DNA of 63,119 nucleotides, counting the filler, from Reticulomyxa filosa (Eukaryota; Protista; Foraminifera): NCBI GenBank assembly GCA_000512085.1. It is 17 parts of 17 records of this genome, joined end to end, with 100 filler letters (N's around TTAATTAATTAA, not from the genome) between each part and the next. Parts side by side here need not be neighbours in the genome. Positions count along the whole stretch, not along the records: positions 1 to 1,312 come from ASPP01026181.1; positions 1,413 to 13,585 come from ASPP01007507.1; 15 more parts are not named here. One strand, given 5' to 3'. The translations under genes and the position numbers were made by a program. Below the pieces are notes generated by a model, which saw only the letters and a program-made list of their open reading frames with translations, had not been told where the DNA came from and did no database searches. This document shows, piece by piece, positions 1 to 12,431 of the stretch. Positions within the stretch are counted from its first letter, which is position 1, and each line of letters begins with the position of its first letter.

Positions 1-677
1 GTAAATTATCTCTTGTTTTTCAATCGTGGTATTCATAGTGGTGGCTCTATATCTCACAAGCATATTCAAGGCATTCCCAGAACGGAGGACTCTGCAGAGT
101 TTCTTCCGCTTGATGTCTCTCTGTTCGATCCAAGAACATAAGCATAATCATCCAAGCCAAATTCAAACCAATTTTTTTTCTAATATTTACCCCTTTATTC
201 ATTGCACTTGTGTTTCGGAGAAATCTTTTGGCGGTGCCATTATCAATGACAATCAACTTTTCAATGGACAACATTTGCGTCAACTAATTTTGCAAATGAT
301 GGAACAAACGCAGCATGCGATGCAACAATCCAATGATATCTCCGTTCAAACAATTACGCATTCAAGCAAGGATAATAAAGCAAATACTCTTTTCTTTTCT
401 TTTTCTCCCTCCATTTATTTAAAACATTCAAAAATAGTTCTTGGAAGAAAAGACATTTTCGTGCAATCTATTAATGACCAGAGAGTATGTCCTCCTTGTA
501 CCTCGTCGGCAAGAGCGTTTTGTCGATGATGAGACCAATGAGGCGCTCTCTGTCAATGCCCTCGGTTTTGCAGGCACTTTTTTTTGTCGGTCCGAAAATG
601 TAATGCAGACGCTAAAGCGCGTAGGTCCATTAAAAGTCTTACCGACAGTTGGGTGTCCCATTTATTCTTCAAATTGA
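1..677 (+). CDS. ATP adenylyltransferase / Ap4A phosphorylase (Apa1/Apa2-like), 5'-truncated
   Basis: Frame 1 gives FNRGIHSGGSISHKHIQ (HxHxQ motif). YPFIH follows in frame 2. The last exon (438-677) reads SCNLLMTREYVLLVPRR...SVNALGFAG, the typical C-terminal motifs. Needs a frameshift near 116-124 and an intron at 380-437. Confidence 0.8.
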
Positions 678-1312
678 CTTATTTGATACATTTTGTAATT
701 GCAACTGTGATATTTTTTTAATAAGTACACGTAAAGTGCAAAGCAAAAGAACATTGACATCAAGTTCTTTCATGGCATGCCTTGTTTTTAAATATAAAAT
801 TAGCTTTATAATAACATTTTTCTATGTTGAATAAAAATATCGTTTTTTCATTTGATTTTTGAAAATTTTGCAGTACATATATCGGCAATATGAAATTTTA
901 AAATCTTTTTGTTTCTTTTTTAGGAATCTTCAATTTACGTATATGCCTTTAAAAAAAATTTTTATGTCTTTAGAAGTGGATCGAATTGACGTTTGGATAT
1001 CTTCCTTTGTTTCTTCCAACTTTTTCAAAACTTTGGAAATTGTGCTTCTTTTTGACTCGCCAATTCGTCGATTTTGTTTGCAAAGCATCCGTCAATTTCA
1101 TTTATTTGTCATTTTGCTTTGGAACGATTGTTTCATAAATACATCCAATTGTTCTTTCAGCTTCAGTCGCTTCGTATAAATCATGCTGACGAAGCTTATC
1201 GTCGCCACACAAGGGCAACAGAAGTTCATCTAACAGCGTCAGAGTGTTTACACAGAAATCGGTCATTTGATTGCCCATAACTTGACTATTATGATTTTTT
1301 TATCCGAAATTT

Positions 1313-1412
1313 NNNNNNNNNNNNNNNNNNNNNNNNNNNNNNNNNNNNNNNNNNNNTTAATTAATTAANNNNNNNNNNNNNNNNNNNNNNNNNNNNNNNN
1401 NNNNNNNNNNNN
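1313..1412. other. Artificial contig-joining linker (44 N + TTAATTAATTAA + 44 N), first of 16
   Basis: The same 100-nt spacer, with stops in all six frames, starts at 1313, 13586, 15349, 20202, 25890, 28387, 35266, 42242, 46119, 47311, 48897, 50200, 55229, 57031, 59026 and 60475. Neighbouring segments are not physically linked. Confidence 0.98.
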
Positions 1413-1453
<41 letters not shown>

Positions 1454-1510
1454 CAAATTGATAACATAAAACCAAACAATTTCCAATAAAATAAAATGTG
1501 AACACAACAG

Positions 1511-4500
1511 TTGGTCAGAGCGTTGGCTATCCGTACTATGGGTTGCATTCGTGTCGAAAGAATCACTGAGTATTTGTGTGATCCCTTAGGAATTGCTTTA
1601 AAAGACCAAGACCCCTATGGTACGTACACTTTTTTTTTTTGCTCCCATCTACATAGCCCCCCCCTCTCGCTTCCTTCGTACCCCCTTTTTTTTTTTGATT
1701 TAATTAAATGAAATTAAAAAAAAAAAAAAAGTAAGAAAAACGGCGGCGATATGTGTCGCAAAATTATATGATATTCAATCGGATTTAGTGGAGGAACGTG
1801 GGTTTATTGAGATTTTAAGGGGAATGTTAAGTGATGTAAACCCAATGGTCGTGGCAAATGCCGTCGCGGCTTTGACGGAGATAAGCGAATCGAGCGGAAG
1901 TGATCACTTTTTGATTGATGGCAACACGCTGAGCAAATTGCTGACGGCGTTGAATGATTGCACCGAGTGGGGACGCGTGTTTATCTTGGATGCATTGGCG
2001 AAATTTGAAGCGAATGCCACGCAAGCCAAAGACATTTGCGATCGAGTGGTGCCTCAATTGCAACATGCCAACAGCGCTGTCGTGATGGCCGCCGTCCGTG
2101 TCGTTGTGAAACACATGTCCAAATTGAAACAAGAGCTCTTACAAAAATATGGGAAAAAATTGGCCCCTCCATTGGTCACTTTGGTGAGCAACACACAACC
2201 TGAGATTCAATATGTCACGTTGCGAAACATTGATCTGATTGTTCAAAGATATCCAAAGATTCTTCACAATGAAGTTTTGTTGTTATTATTTGTTGTTATT
2301 ATTATTCCTTTACAAAATGAGTAAATGAATATAAATAACAAAAAGATTCGTGTGTTCTTCATCAAATTCAACGACGCAACGTATGTGAAAATGGAAAAAT
2401 TAGAAATTTTAATCAAATTGGCAAACAAAAATAACGCCGAACAAGTATTGATGGAGTTGAAAGAATATGCGACGGAAATCGATGTGGAATTTGCTCGTAA
2501 GGCCGTTCGAGCCATTGGACGAGTTGCCATCAAACTTGAGGCTGCAGCAGAAAGCTGTGTAAAAGTGTTGTCAGAACTTGTCAAAACCAAAGTCACTTAT
2601 GTCGTGCAAGAGTCAGTGATTGTGATTAAAGATATATTCCGAAGATACCCACAGCGATACGAAAAAATCATTGTCACGTTATGTGAAAACTTGGAAGTAT
2701 TGGACGAACCAGAGGCCAAAGCATCCATGGTTTGGATCATTGGAGAGTACGCTGAGCGTATCGTCGATGCCGAAGAACGATTAGAGTATTTTATTGAAAG
2801 CTTTGAGGAAGAAGACTTTACTGTACAATTGCAATTGTTGACTGCCACTGTCAAACTGTTTTTGAAGAAACCAGACAAGTCCAAACAATTGGTCCAAAAA
2901 GTCTTGAATTTGGCCACTGAAAAATCAGACAACCCCGATCTGCGTGATCGAGGTTACGTTTATTGGAGATTATTGTCCAGTGACCCTGCCGCCGCCAAAG
3001 CTGTTGTTTTGGCCAGTCGTCCTGAAATTAGCGCAGAGACCTTCTCCTTGCCAAAAGATTATTTGAATGAATTGGTAAGTGTTTTAATTTCAACATTATA
3101 TATGTGCATATACATATACACATAATTTATGCATATGTATATCGATGAAATATCTACCTCAAATAAATCAATAAATGTATTCATTACAAATATCTCTTAA
3201 ACGTACGACTGTATTATGGCCATTACACACGATAATAACATAGTTGGAGAACGTGTCCACATTAGCTGCTGTGTACCAACGCCCACCTGGAGAGTTTGTA
3301 CGAGGAACGCGCAAAGTGATTTTCAAAGCCCACGCGGAAAACCGTGGCGAACATGAGGAAAGCAGCGAGGAGCGAAGTGGTGGAGAGGAGTCAGACAATG
3401 AACAAAAACAAAACAACAAAGACCAAGAGAAGAAGGAAGCGGAAGACGACTTCAATGACACAGACAATGGCGATGACGAGGAAGAAAAGAAGAAGAAGAG
3501 CAAACCAAAAGAAGAGAAAAAACGCTCTCCAAAAAGAGAGCCCGTCGAAGAAAAAAAAGTCCAAGAAGTTGATTTATTAGGAGACTTATTTGGTCCAACC
3601 CCCACCGTTCCAACCAAATCCAATGTCGAAAAACCCAAGCCTAATGTGTCTAGTACACCCGGCGGAGAATTGGATTTGTTGGGAGAATTCAACGCATTTG
3701 GCTCAGACGCTCCATCGACCAATGATAAAGCTTACCCGAATGGAAAATGTATTGAAGCCGATATGACGCAAGGAATTGTTGTTGACACTGGTTACAAGAG
3801 AGCCAACAACAAGCCTTATCTGGTGGTTCGAGTCACAAATAAGTTTTGTTTTTTATTCTCTCTCTCTCTCTTTTGAATGAAAATGAATTGGACATGAGAT
3901 ACTAACAACAAAAAAAAAAAAAAAGTGGTCAACAAGGAATTAACGGAATGGACATCAAATTTAATACCAATTACTTGGGCGCTCAACCTATTCAATCGCT
4001 GCCATTGAACGGAACCGTGAATGCTGGATTCTCACAGATTGCCGAAGTTGAACTTGCATTGTCGCAAGATGCTCAACAACGCACTCCATTCAGCGCAAAA
4101 GTGCAGGCAGCAGTACGAGTGTCCCTAACAAGTGGCCAAAAAGTAGTTCACAAATTTGAAACCAACGTACCTCCTCACGTATTTTTGGATTCGATTTCCG
4201 TTCCAAAGAATGATTACTTGGAAAAATGGAAAAATATCCCTCAAACCGATGGCCAATCGATTCAATTGAAGTCCGTCAAAAGTACTGACGCAGATGTCAT
4301 CAAAACTACTTTGTCCAAAAATAATTGCGAATTTATTGCTCGCAGAGAGGTACAGGAGAAAAAAAACAAGGCCCAAGAGGGGGGGGGGGAAGAACGTTAT
4401 ATGAAAATAAAATAATTTGAATATAAGAACTCACAAGAGATAGTAAACCATTTGGAGAAGGAGGAAAAGGAATCCCCTTTTAAATGTACTTAAACAATAA

Positions 4501-4697
4501 ATGTTGTTGTTTGAATCGTATGATAATAGATCCAAGACAAAGGAGTTTCATTGTATTTCGCTGCAAAACTTCGAAATGAATTGATGTTGATTGAAATCGC
4601 TATTGCTACTATGGGCGCTGCTCGAATTCAAGTCCGCGCAGACAACAAGTACTTGGCCTTTATTACCACGAATGCCATTCAAACTCTCATTGCCTAA
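1511..4697 (+). CDS. AP1B1: Adaptor protein complex AP-1/AP-2 beta subunit (beta-adaptin), 5'-truncated, at least 6 exons
   Basis: [68 protein letters not shown], then hinge and appendage. Introns at 1620-1731, 2274-2345, 3075-3243, 3843-3925 and 4350-4529 keep the frame. Ends NAIQTLIA*. Confidence 0.95.
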
Positions 4698-5369
4698 ACT
4701 CTTGGAAGGGGAAGCAAAATCTTGTTGTTGTGAAAAATGTATGGCCTCTGTGAATGTTGTTTTTATTTTTTTTTTGCTGGTCTTGTTTTTCTTTCATTTG
4801 GAATTCAGGAGTTGGTTGTTTGATCAATATTTGTGTGTTTATGGGGATCCTGACTTTGTTGTTTTGTTTTTGGGAGCAAACTCCTTCGTTCGACGTGGAA
4901 GAAAACAGAAAAAAAATAAAAGCGACACTGTTTTGTCTTTAACTTAATGTTGTCAAGGGCCATCAAGTTTTTTTTGAAAAACAGAATTTCAACAGCCTTG
5001 TGTTTAGTTTGATTTGTTTTGGTTTGTTTGTTTTTTTGAGGGGAGGACAGGTTTGCTCTTTGTGTGAAAATTGAACATTGTGTACCCTTTTTGAGAAAAC
5101 AATAAACCGATCAAATTTCTTAGACGCATTCAAGATGGAGCATTTGCTTTTTTTTGTTTTGTTTTCTGGGTTACCATTTTTAAAAAGTCTTTCATTGAAC
5201 TTTAGTGCTTTTGACAAGCAATATGGACTGTGTTTTACTAAAAATAAACTTAAAAACCTTGTACGGTTTACAAAGTTCAACTGAGCCCCCAAAAAGTTTG
5301 TCATCTGCCGTCCTTTCATTGTGGCACGTTTTTGCAATCAAATAAACTCGTCGCAGTGCTCATTTCATA

Positions 5370-6323
5370 ATGAAATTCAATTCCCGTTCGCTTTTTGTTT
5401 CTTTTTTTCTTTTTCTGTGTGGTGCTTAATTGCTTTTGTTCGGACGGAAAAAAGAAAACTTTTTTTAATCGCACCCCCCCTGTCTCATCGATTTACATCA
5501 AATAACAGACGTGACTAGCAGTCGTCGAAAAAATCGACGAAGACACTTCAATGCACCATCCCATGTTCGCCAGAAAATCATGAGCGCGTCGGTGGCAAAA
5601 AAAAGTGTGCAAAGAATACGGAGTTCCACGATTGTCAATTCCAATCCGAAAAGACGATGTGGTGAGAGTAATCCGAGGAAAATACAAAGAAGAATCCACA
5701 CCTCAAAAAGTGGTTCGCGTTAATAGACGAAAATACAGAATTTATTTGGAAGGAATCCAAAGAGAAAAAGCAAATGGTTTGTAGTTTTTGTGCGTATGTT
5801 TTTTTGGGAGGGCAGAAGAAAGAGGAAAAAACCATCGCAAAATCGCGCAAAACACCGCCCTAAATTTGAAAATGTTTGGAATTACTACTAAAAAATTTCA
5901 AATATTTTGATTGTAGAAATAAAAGACACTCTTTGATAAATTTGGCTTTGATCACCCCTTCCTACTTACTTGCCAACTAAGCTTTTGGGCATCCTATAAA
6001 CCTCTTTCATTTCTTTTTTTAAAAAAAACATTGTTTGAAATTCCTAAAATAAAAAGTGTTGTTTGATTTGTGTGTTGGCTTGAACGATTATACTTTAATC
6101 GGGTTCGTTCCTTAATATTTCTCTCCCTTGTTAGGCTCTCAAGTGCAAGTTCCAATTCAATGCTCAAATGTCGTGATCACACAGTTGAAAGAAGATAAGT
6201 ATCGCAAAGGATTGGTCAAATCATTGGTGAAAAAGAAATTAAAAGCACGCAAGCGATTGGGATTGGGAGAAAAAGAGAAAAAAGGGAGCGAAGAAACCCG
6301 AGGCCCCAACCGATTTGGATTAA
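5370..6323 (+). CDS. RPL26: 60S ribosomal protein L26 (uL24), 3 exons
   Basis: MKFNS|[27 protein letters not shown]...[18 protein letters not shown]...IQREKANG|[18 protein letters not shown]. Introns at 5386-5508 and 5777-6134. Apparent 1-nt homopolymer errors near 5597-5604 and 6297. Confidence 0.93.
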
Positions 6324-6906
6324 AAAAAAAGTATTTTTTTTTACAGTTTCTTTTTTTTTGAATTAATTGCGCGCCTTGTCTAAAGAAAGTAATTTTTCAC
6401 CACCCTTCTTTATTTGTTTTCTTCATTGCTAGTGAAAAATTTATTTCAGCAAATCAAAAAAATATTTCCTGCGGCTGAAATTTTTTTAAAAAATCATGCG
6501 ATTTATTTATCTCGTCTTAAAGATATGAGCATACCCTTTGCCTTTTGTAAAGCCTGTAACTCGTTGAATGTTTTCCTAGTTCCTTGATTGGTACGAAAAG
6601 CTTAGCTCGGGGTATTGAGGATCGTGCCTCTCTTTGTTAAACATATATGTGTTGCTAAAGTAATTAATCTCGATATATGTTGAGATGGTTTTTGTTGTCG
6701 AATTATAGCTTTTTGCAAATAATAAAGATTTCAACTCCATCCATAGCAAAAGATCCGTACTACTCATTTGCATATCAGCATTTTCGTTTTTTAGAATTCT
6801 GCTTGTGAACTACGGCGACCTAAAAAAAAGAGGATTTTTTTTTTACCCCAATTTTGTCATTTTTTTGTAATTCTTTTTTTGTCATTTTAGTTCAATAAAA
6901 TAAGAG

Positions 6907-7386
6907 ATGGCTCAAAGCGAAGTCAAGAAACCAAACTTCACAGGCAAATGGGTTTTGGAAAAGACCGATAACTTGGACAAGTTCTTGTCCGAAAGTGAAG
7001 GATGGGGCTGGGCAATGCGCAAGCTTGCAGCAACAGCCTACGTCCATCAAAACATTGAACACGATACTGAAAAAGATAGAATAAGAGTGAGGATGACAAA
7101 CCCAAAAAACACGGTGAATTACGTTGCGACGATTGGTGGCGACGAGTTTGAGTTTGTGGATTTGTCAGGCACTGATATTCGCGCAAAATTTACATGGGAT
7201 GAAAACAATACGATATTGCGCATGAAAGCTTTGAAATTTAAATTAGAGAAAGATAATCTGCGTTTCATTGAACGATGGATCGACCCTGAGGATGGCAAAA
7301 TGAAAATTAGAACCTCCAACGAGGAGAAAAAATTGTCGATGGTCCAAATATTCAAAAAAGAGAGTACCGTACCAGATTTTTCTTAA
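6907..7386 (+). CDS. Intracellular lipid-binding protein (FABP/CRABP-like beta-barrel), intronless
   Basis: PNFTGKWVLEKTDNLDKFL..G.GWAMRKLA matches the iLBP N-terminal signature (F.G.W.L..S.NFD.F...G.....RK.A). Also IGGDEFEF..LSG and a C-terminal ..QIFKKE; 159 aa. Confidence 0.75.
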   Translation: MAQSEVKKPNFTGKWVLEKTDNLDKFLSESEGWGWAMRKLAATAYVHQNIEHDTEKDRIRVRMTNPKNTVNYVATIGGDEFEFVDLSGTDIRAKFTWDENNTILRMKALKFKLEKDNLRFIERWIDPEDGKMKIRTSNEEKKLSMVQIFKKESTVPDFS

Positions 7387-7914
7387 CGGCTTTTCGCTTT
7401 TTTTTTGAACAAATAAAAAAAAACCCTTAATTAGTTAGATTTACGTTTTTTGGCTTTTTTTTGCTTTGTTTGTAAGCTCAGCGAAAGTAAATTTGGTTGT
7501 TTTTTTTTAATGTCGTCCATCTGTTGACGATGGAAAATAAATTTTTGTCGCTTTTAAAAAAGGTGGCAATAAGTGAAAGATTTCAACATTTTGTTTGTTT
7601 TTTCGCGGTTACAAATGTTTGCATCATTGCAAAAGGCGGTGATGACGTGTCCACGCGAGGAACAAAGTTTGTAGTTTTTTTTGGGTTGGAAAATGGACAG
7701 AGAACATTAAAAATTAGTAAAAGTGATGTTGTCAAGTTTGAGATTTGACATTTTTTTTACCAAAAGCATGCTTTAAAATAATGAACCAAAAAACATCACC
7801 TCTTGCAACACCAATGAAAATTTTAATTAGCAGTAAAAAAAATTATAAAATAAGTTTTTCTGAGACCAGTCAGTGTATATATGACCAAAAAATTAAAAAT
7901 ATTTTTGAGAGCAG

Positions 7915-8993
7915 TTAGGCCAACTTGTTGAAAGTTGCATAAAAATGCAAAACAGGAGTCTTTTTTTGTTTGACATATTTGGATGGAACAATGAGTTTTA
8001 ATTTAAACTCGATTTCTTGTTGTGGCTTGCAATCATGGGCTACACTTAAAGTTGCATATCCAATTAAGTCATCATCTCCCACCTCATCTGCATCATATAC
8101 TCGAATCTTAACAGGTGCATCTTCCTTCGTTAGACAGTATATCGATTATCACGGTATAATTTTCTTTGACAAAAAAAAAAAGTAAACAAAACTTTGACAG
8201 TAAGCATTAAATTTTCATTCCAAACAGGGCTATTGTTATTGTCAATGGTCTTTGTTTTGACTTGTTGATATTGTGAATCAAAGACGGCATAAGGATCGCT
8301 ATCGGACAACGTATCTGCCCTTGGTAAGTCGGTGCAACCAATCACCCGAAGCATTAGCACACCATCAGTTTTCACCATCGAATTTAATTCTTTTTTGCTT
8401 AAACCTGTGATCCCTCGACTGCTTGCATTTTTTTCATTTTCTTTTGCTTCTTCACTGGTATCATACACCGGACGCTGTGGAACTTTATCTGCGTTATTGC
8501 TTTTATGAAACAACGGGCGCAAATTCGAGCTGCTTATCGAACCGCGCTGTTCATCGGCCGCAGCGACCTTTTCTGCAGCAATACTGCCATTGCTTGCATC
8601 CCCGCCACCACTTTTGGATTGCTTGTCGACCGGGATTCCGGCATACTTGCATGCAATATAGTGCTCACGGAGTTTTCGTGAACTATATCGGCGAGGTTTC
8701 GTATAAGATTCGGGAACGTGGTATTCCCAATCGCGATTAAAGTCTTGTGACAGTTTCATGTTTTTTACCCATGATTCATCCCATGTATCCAATGTTAAGC
8801 TGCGAACTTTTGTCACATGGGCACCCAAGCTACGATGCACGCCTGCGCATTGAGCGCACAAAAATGCACCCAAGTTTATCGAGGCCCATTCAGCATTCGT
8901 ATCGTCACAGTCACAACAACCTTCACTTTCATCTTTCAGTCGTTTCAATTCAGGATACAACGTTAAAGGGGTCTCAGAATCAGCGGCACTCAT
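7915..8993 (-). CDS. ArfGAP zinc-finger + C2 domain protein, 2 exons
   Basis: CCDC..NAEWASINLGAFLCAQCAGVHRSLGAHVTKVRSLTLD (ArfGAP). LPRADTLSDSDPY..KTKTIDNNNSPVWNE|..IRVYDADEVGDDDLIG (C2). Intron at 8125-8192. Confidence 0.92.
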
Positions 8994-9518
8994 GCTTATA
9001 ACAATTTTTTCTTATCGAAACCAAACCGAATTTGTACAATAATATTGACAGTATTAGTTTTTTTTAGGAATCAACAAAGCGACCTGTAAAGGAAGGTAAT
9101 TTTGCAAGCAGTCTGTAGATTTAACATATCAGAAGCCCTCCTACTTGGTTAAAAGACTGTATTATTTTTTTTAGGCTTATGTTTGAGTTAGAAAAACAAA
9201 CATTTACTATTCTCAAATATTTTATAGCCATTTGCAGAGTAACAAAAAATATTATGGTAAAGCACAAAAAATAATTAAAAAAGAAACTCGAATGATTTTT
9301 AAAATGAAAAGGAAATATATCATTGAATAGCCTCTTAAAAAAAATATAAACTTTGTGCAAGTGGAGAAAAAAAGTAAAACGTCCAAAATGAATATAATTT
9401 TTTTCCTCATAAATTGGCACATTTTTGAAAGTGACATCAAATAAATTATCACAAATTTAATAATTATCACGTAAATTGTATATTAACATTTTCCAAAAAA
9501 CGATAACATCTAGAAATT

Positions 9519-11744
9519 ATGCCTTCTCCTTCAGCAATTATTTGCCACTTATGTGGAGGTAAGCGTGTATTTTATTTCTTGTTCAAAGTTACTACTATTC
9601 AAAAAAAGAAATGCGTTAATATTAACTACAATACACAAAGGCAAATATTTCAAACATTCATTTCCAATCCATTTAAAACAATGTGAAAAAAAATGGGAAA
9701 AAACTCACTTTCCTTGCAATAAATGTGGCCAAACTATTGCCAATCATGCTTGGGCTACCCATATGGAACACTGCAGAATTACTTCTGTGAAAAAACAGGA
9801 TACACTAGCGGACACGCCGATAGAATCAAAACCCATCGTTTCAACAAAAGAAAGGGGAATCAAGGACAAAAAAACTCTTGATTCAAAAGAAGATGATACC
9901 ACTTTGGACAATGAGGAAAATTTACAAAATGCGAATTGTCAAGAGTGTGAAACAGAGCAAAGTCAATGGAAATGCTTGGATTGCCAGCAACATTTATGTA
10001 ATAACTGTGAGATAACCTTGCACCGAAAAGGTGCAAGAAAAGATCATAGACGAGTCACATTAAGTTACTACAAGCCTTTTAATTCGAAAAACAAGCACCC
10101 TTGTATTGATGAGATAACAAAAAAATAATGAAGAAAACAAAAAACACTTTGAAATACAGCCGATCAACAGAGTAACATAAATGTTACTGCTTCAGTTAGT
10201 AGTACTGATAATGCTGAACATAATGGAAATACTGAAAATGATAATGCTGGAAACGAAGAAAAAAATGAATCTGGTGACGACTATCGTGTCCCATGTAAAA
10301 TTTGTGGCCGAAAATTCCATTCTGATCGAATTGACAAGCATATTTGTATATGCATGAAGCTCAACAAAAAAAAAATGCGCAAAGTTTGGAGTGGTAGTGA
10401 TTGGAGGGTATCTGGAACTGAGTTTGAAAAATTCAAAAATCGGCGTTCCCAGACCCCAGAACAGGTTAAGAAGTGGAGAAAGCATGGAAGAAGATGGAGG
10501 CAGGAACGAGAAGAATTTAGAAAATTGATTGATATAGAAAAAGAGGTAAGTTTAGAGTCTTTTTTAAGTGCATACGTTCATATACACTCTAAAATGCAAA
10601 AATAGGCAGAAATTTCTAAGCCAACTAACAAACTAGAGAAAAAAAATGATATTACATCCTCGCGTAAAGGCGCCAATATTTTAGGAGACAAAGTCACTCC
10701 AAATTTAAAAATAAGTGGAAGCGCCAACGTAATGGATGCCCGTAAAGGCATCGCTACTGATAAAAACAAAATTACAAGTACTTTTAAAAGTAAAATAAAA
10801 AGCAAAAATAATAAGGAAAATGTAAATCCAAACATCTCTAGAAGCAAGGCAATAGGGAATGAAGAGATAGCAGGTGTGAGAAACAAAAACGTGGCCAGTG
10901 AAAATAATGACAATTCGCTGACATCAAACAGTATAAAAGCGTCACAAAAATATTTGCCCAAATTTCCCAAGACGCAAAATCCTGAAAAAAAGATAAATAA
11001 TCAAATCTCGTATCCTGTAACAGCATACAAGGGACCTATTTCAAAAATTGAACCCAAAGTCCGCAAAAACCTATTTGCAAAGTTTTGTTTTTTTGCGTGC
11101 GTGAGAAGACGAAAATGATAAAATTTACCACAAAATTATGTAAAAAATGTGTTTTATTCACTGCTTCTCTCGAAAAAGGTCGTTACAAAGTACACAGCGT
11201 CGCGGAACAGGTGTGTTTCGTTTTATTGTCCGCATCATTTTAAAAATTTTTTAAACGGAAAATATAATTATTGATTTGTGCTGATACAAAAACAAAGAGC
11301 TGGGAAGTACAATTGACGAACAATCAATCAATGTTCGTCCTCTTTCCTTGACGATGACAGAATACCGAGAAAGAGAACAAATGCGAAGACAAGAGCAAAA
11401 AAATCAACGAAAAATAAAAACGCTTGTAAGATTTTGTTAATCCTTATATTTTTTTACCGCCTTTCTACTTCTTTTGTGATTTTTGGATTTAGGATCCTGT
11501 CGAAGAAAAAGACAATACCAAAAATGTCACCCCAAAACTTACAAATCTAAACGAAACAAAGACCGCAGCCCCTTCTTTAAAAAAGAGCGGTGAAGCTGGT
11601 AACAAAAGTACTCTCGGTACCGTGCCACACATTAAGAAAAATTACGATATAAAACCATCAATCACAAACTCCAAACCAACAAACTCGAAAGAAGTGGCAG
11701 AACTGAGAGCAGTTTATTTCCAATCCAGACTTCAGGAGTACTGA
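9519..11744 (+). CDS. Multi-zinc-finger protein (C2HC-type fingers + B-box), multi-exon
   Basis: MPSPSAIICHLCGG|KYFKHSFPIHLKQCEKKW. B-box CQEC...CLDCQQHLCNNC..LH..H. C2HC finger RVPCKICGRKFHSDRIDKHICIC. An intron at 10064-10159 restores the frame. 3' exons end YFQSRLQEY*. Confidence 0.75.
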
Positions 11745-12431
11745 GTCTTTTTTTTTATTGCTTAGTTTTTGGAAATAGCAATAATTTTCAATTTTTAAGT
11801 CCAAGGTCAAACCTTGGCTATTTATTTTTACTTTTAAATTTTTTTTGTATTTAGCATGAACAAAATAGTCTTTTTCAATCTTTACTAACTTTTTCTAACC
11901 AAAACAACTCAACCTATCAAATAAAGTTGACCAAAATCAATCCGGTTCATTTTCTCCCACTCTCACTTACTCCCCTTCTCCAAACAAATCAAGCAGGCCA
12001 GAGCAACAAAAGAGATTATGTATTAAAACAATCAGTGCAAAAGAGAAAAAAAGGGGGGAAAGAGGAAAATTCAAAATTGCAACTCTTATTCACAACAAAT
12101 TTTAACGACAGGAGAAAAAAAGCAAATAAGCAACCAAAAAGCACAGCACAACCAACAAGACAAGGGGAAAAAAAAAGGATAAATTACACCCAATCAAAAG
12201 CAATGACTTTTCTAAAACCTTTCCAAGCAAACAACAAAAACAATGACGTGACACAATAGCAAGACAAACAAAAAAAAAGGTAGCATAATACAGCAAAGAA
12301 AGAACAAGGAAAAAATAAGGACAAAACAAACACACAAAAGAAAAAGGAACCAAGGGGCTCATTATTGTAACAATGACTAACTTATTTATGACTGACAGCT
12401 CGTTTTTTTTTTTTTTTTTTGGTTATTCGCC

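Noticed and set aside
10064-10159. Apparent stops splitting the zinc-finger gene
   Set aside because: They are removed by a phase-compatible GT-AG intron.
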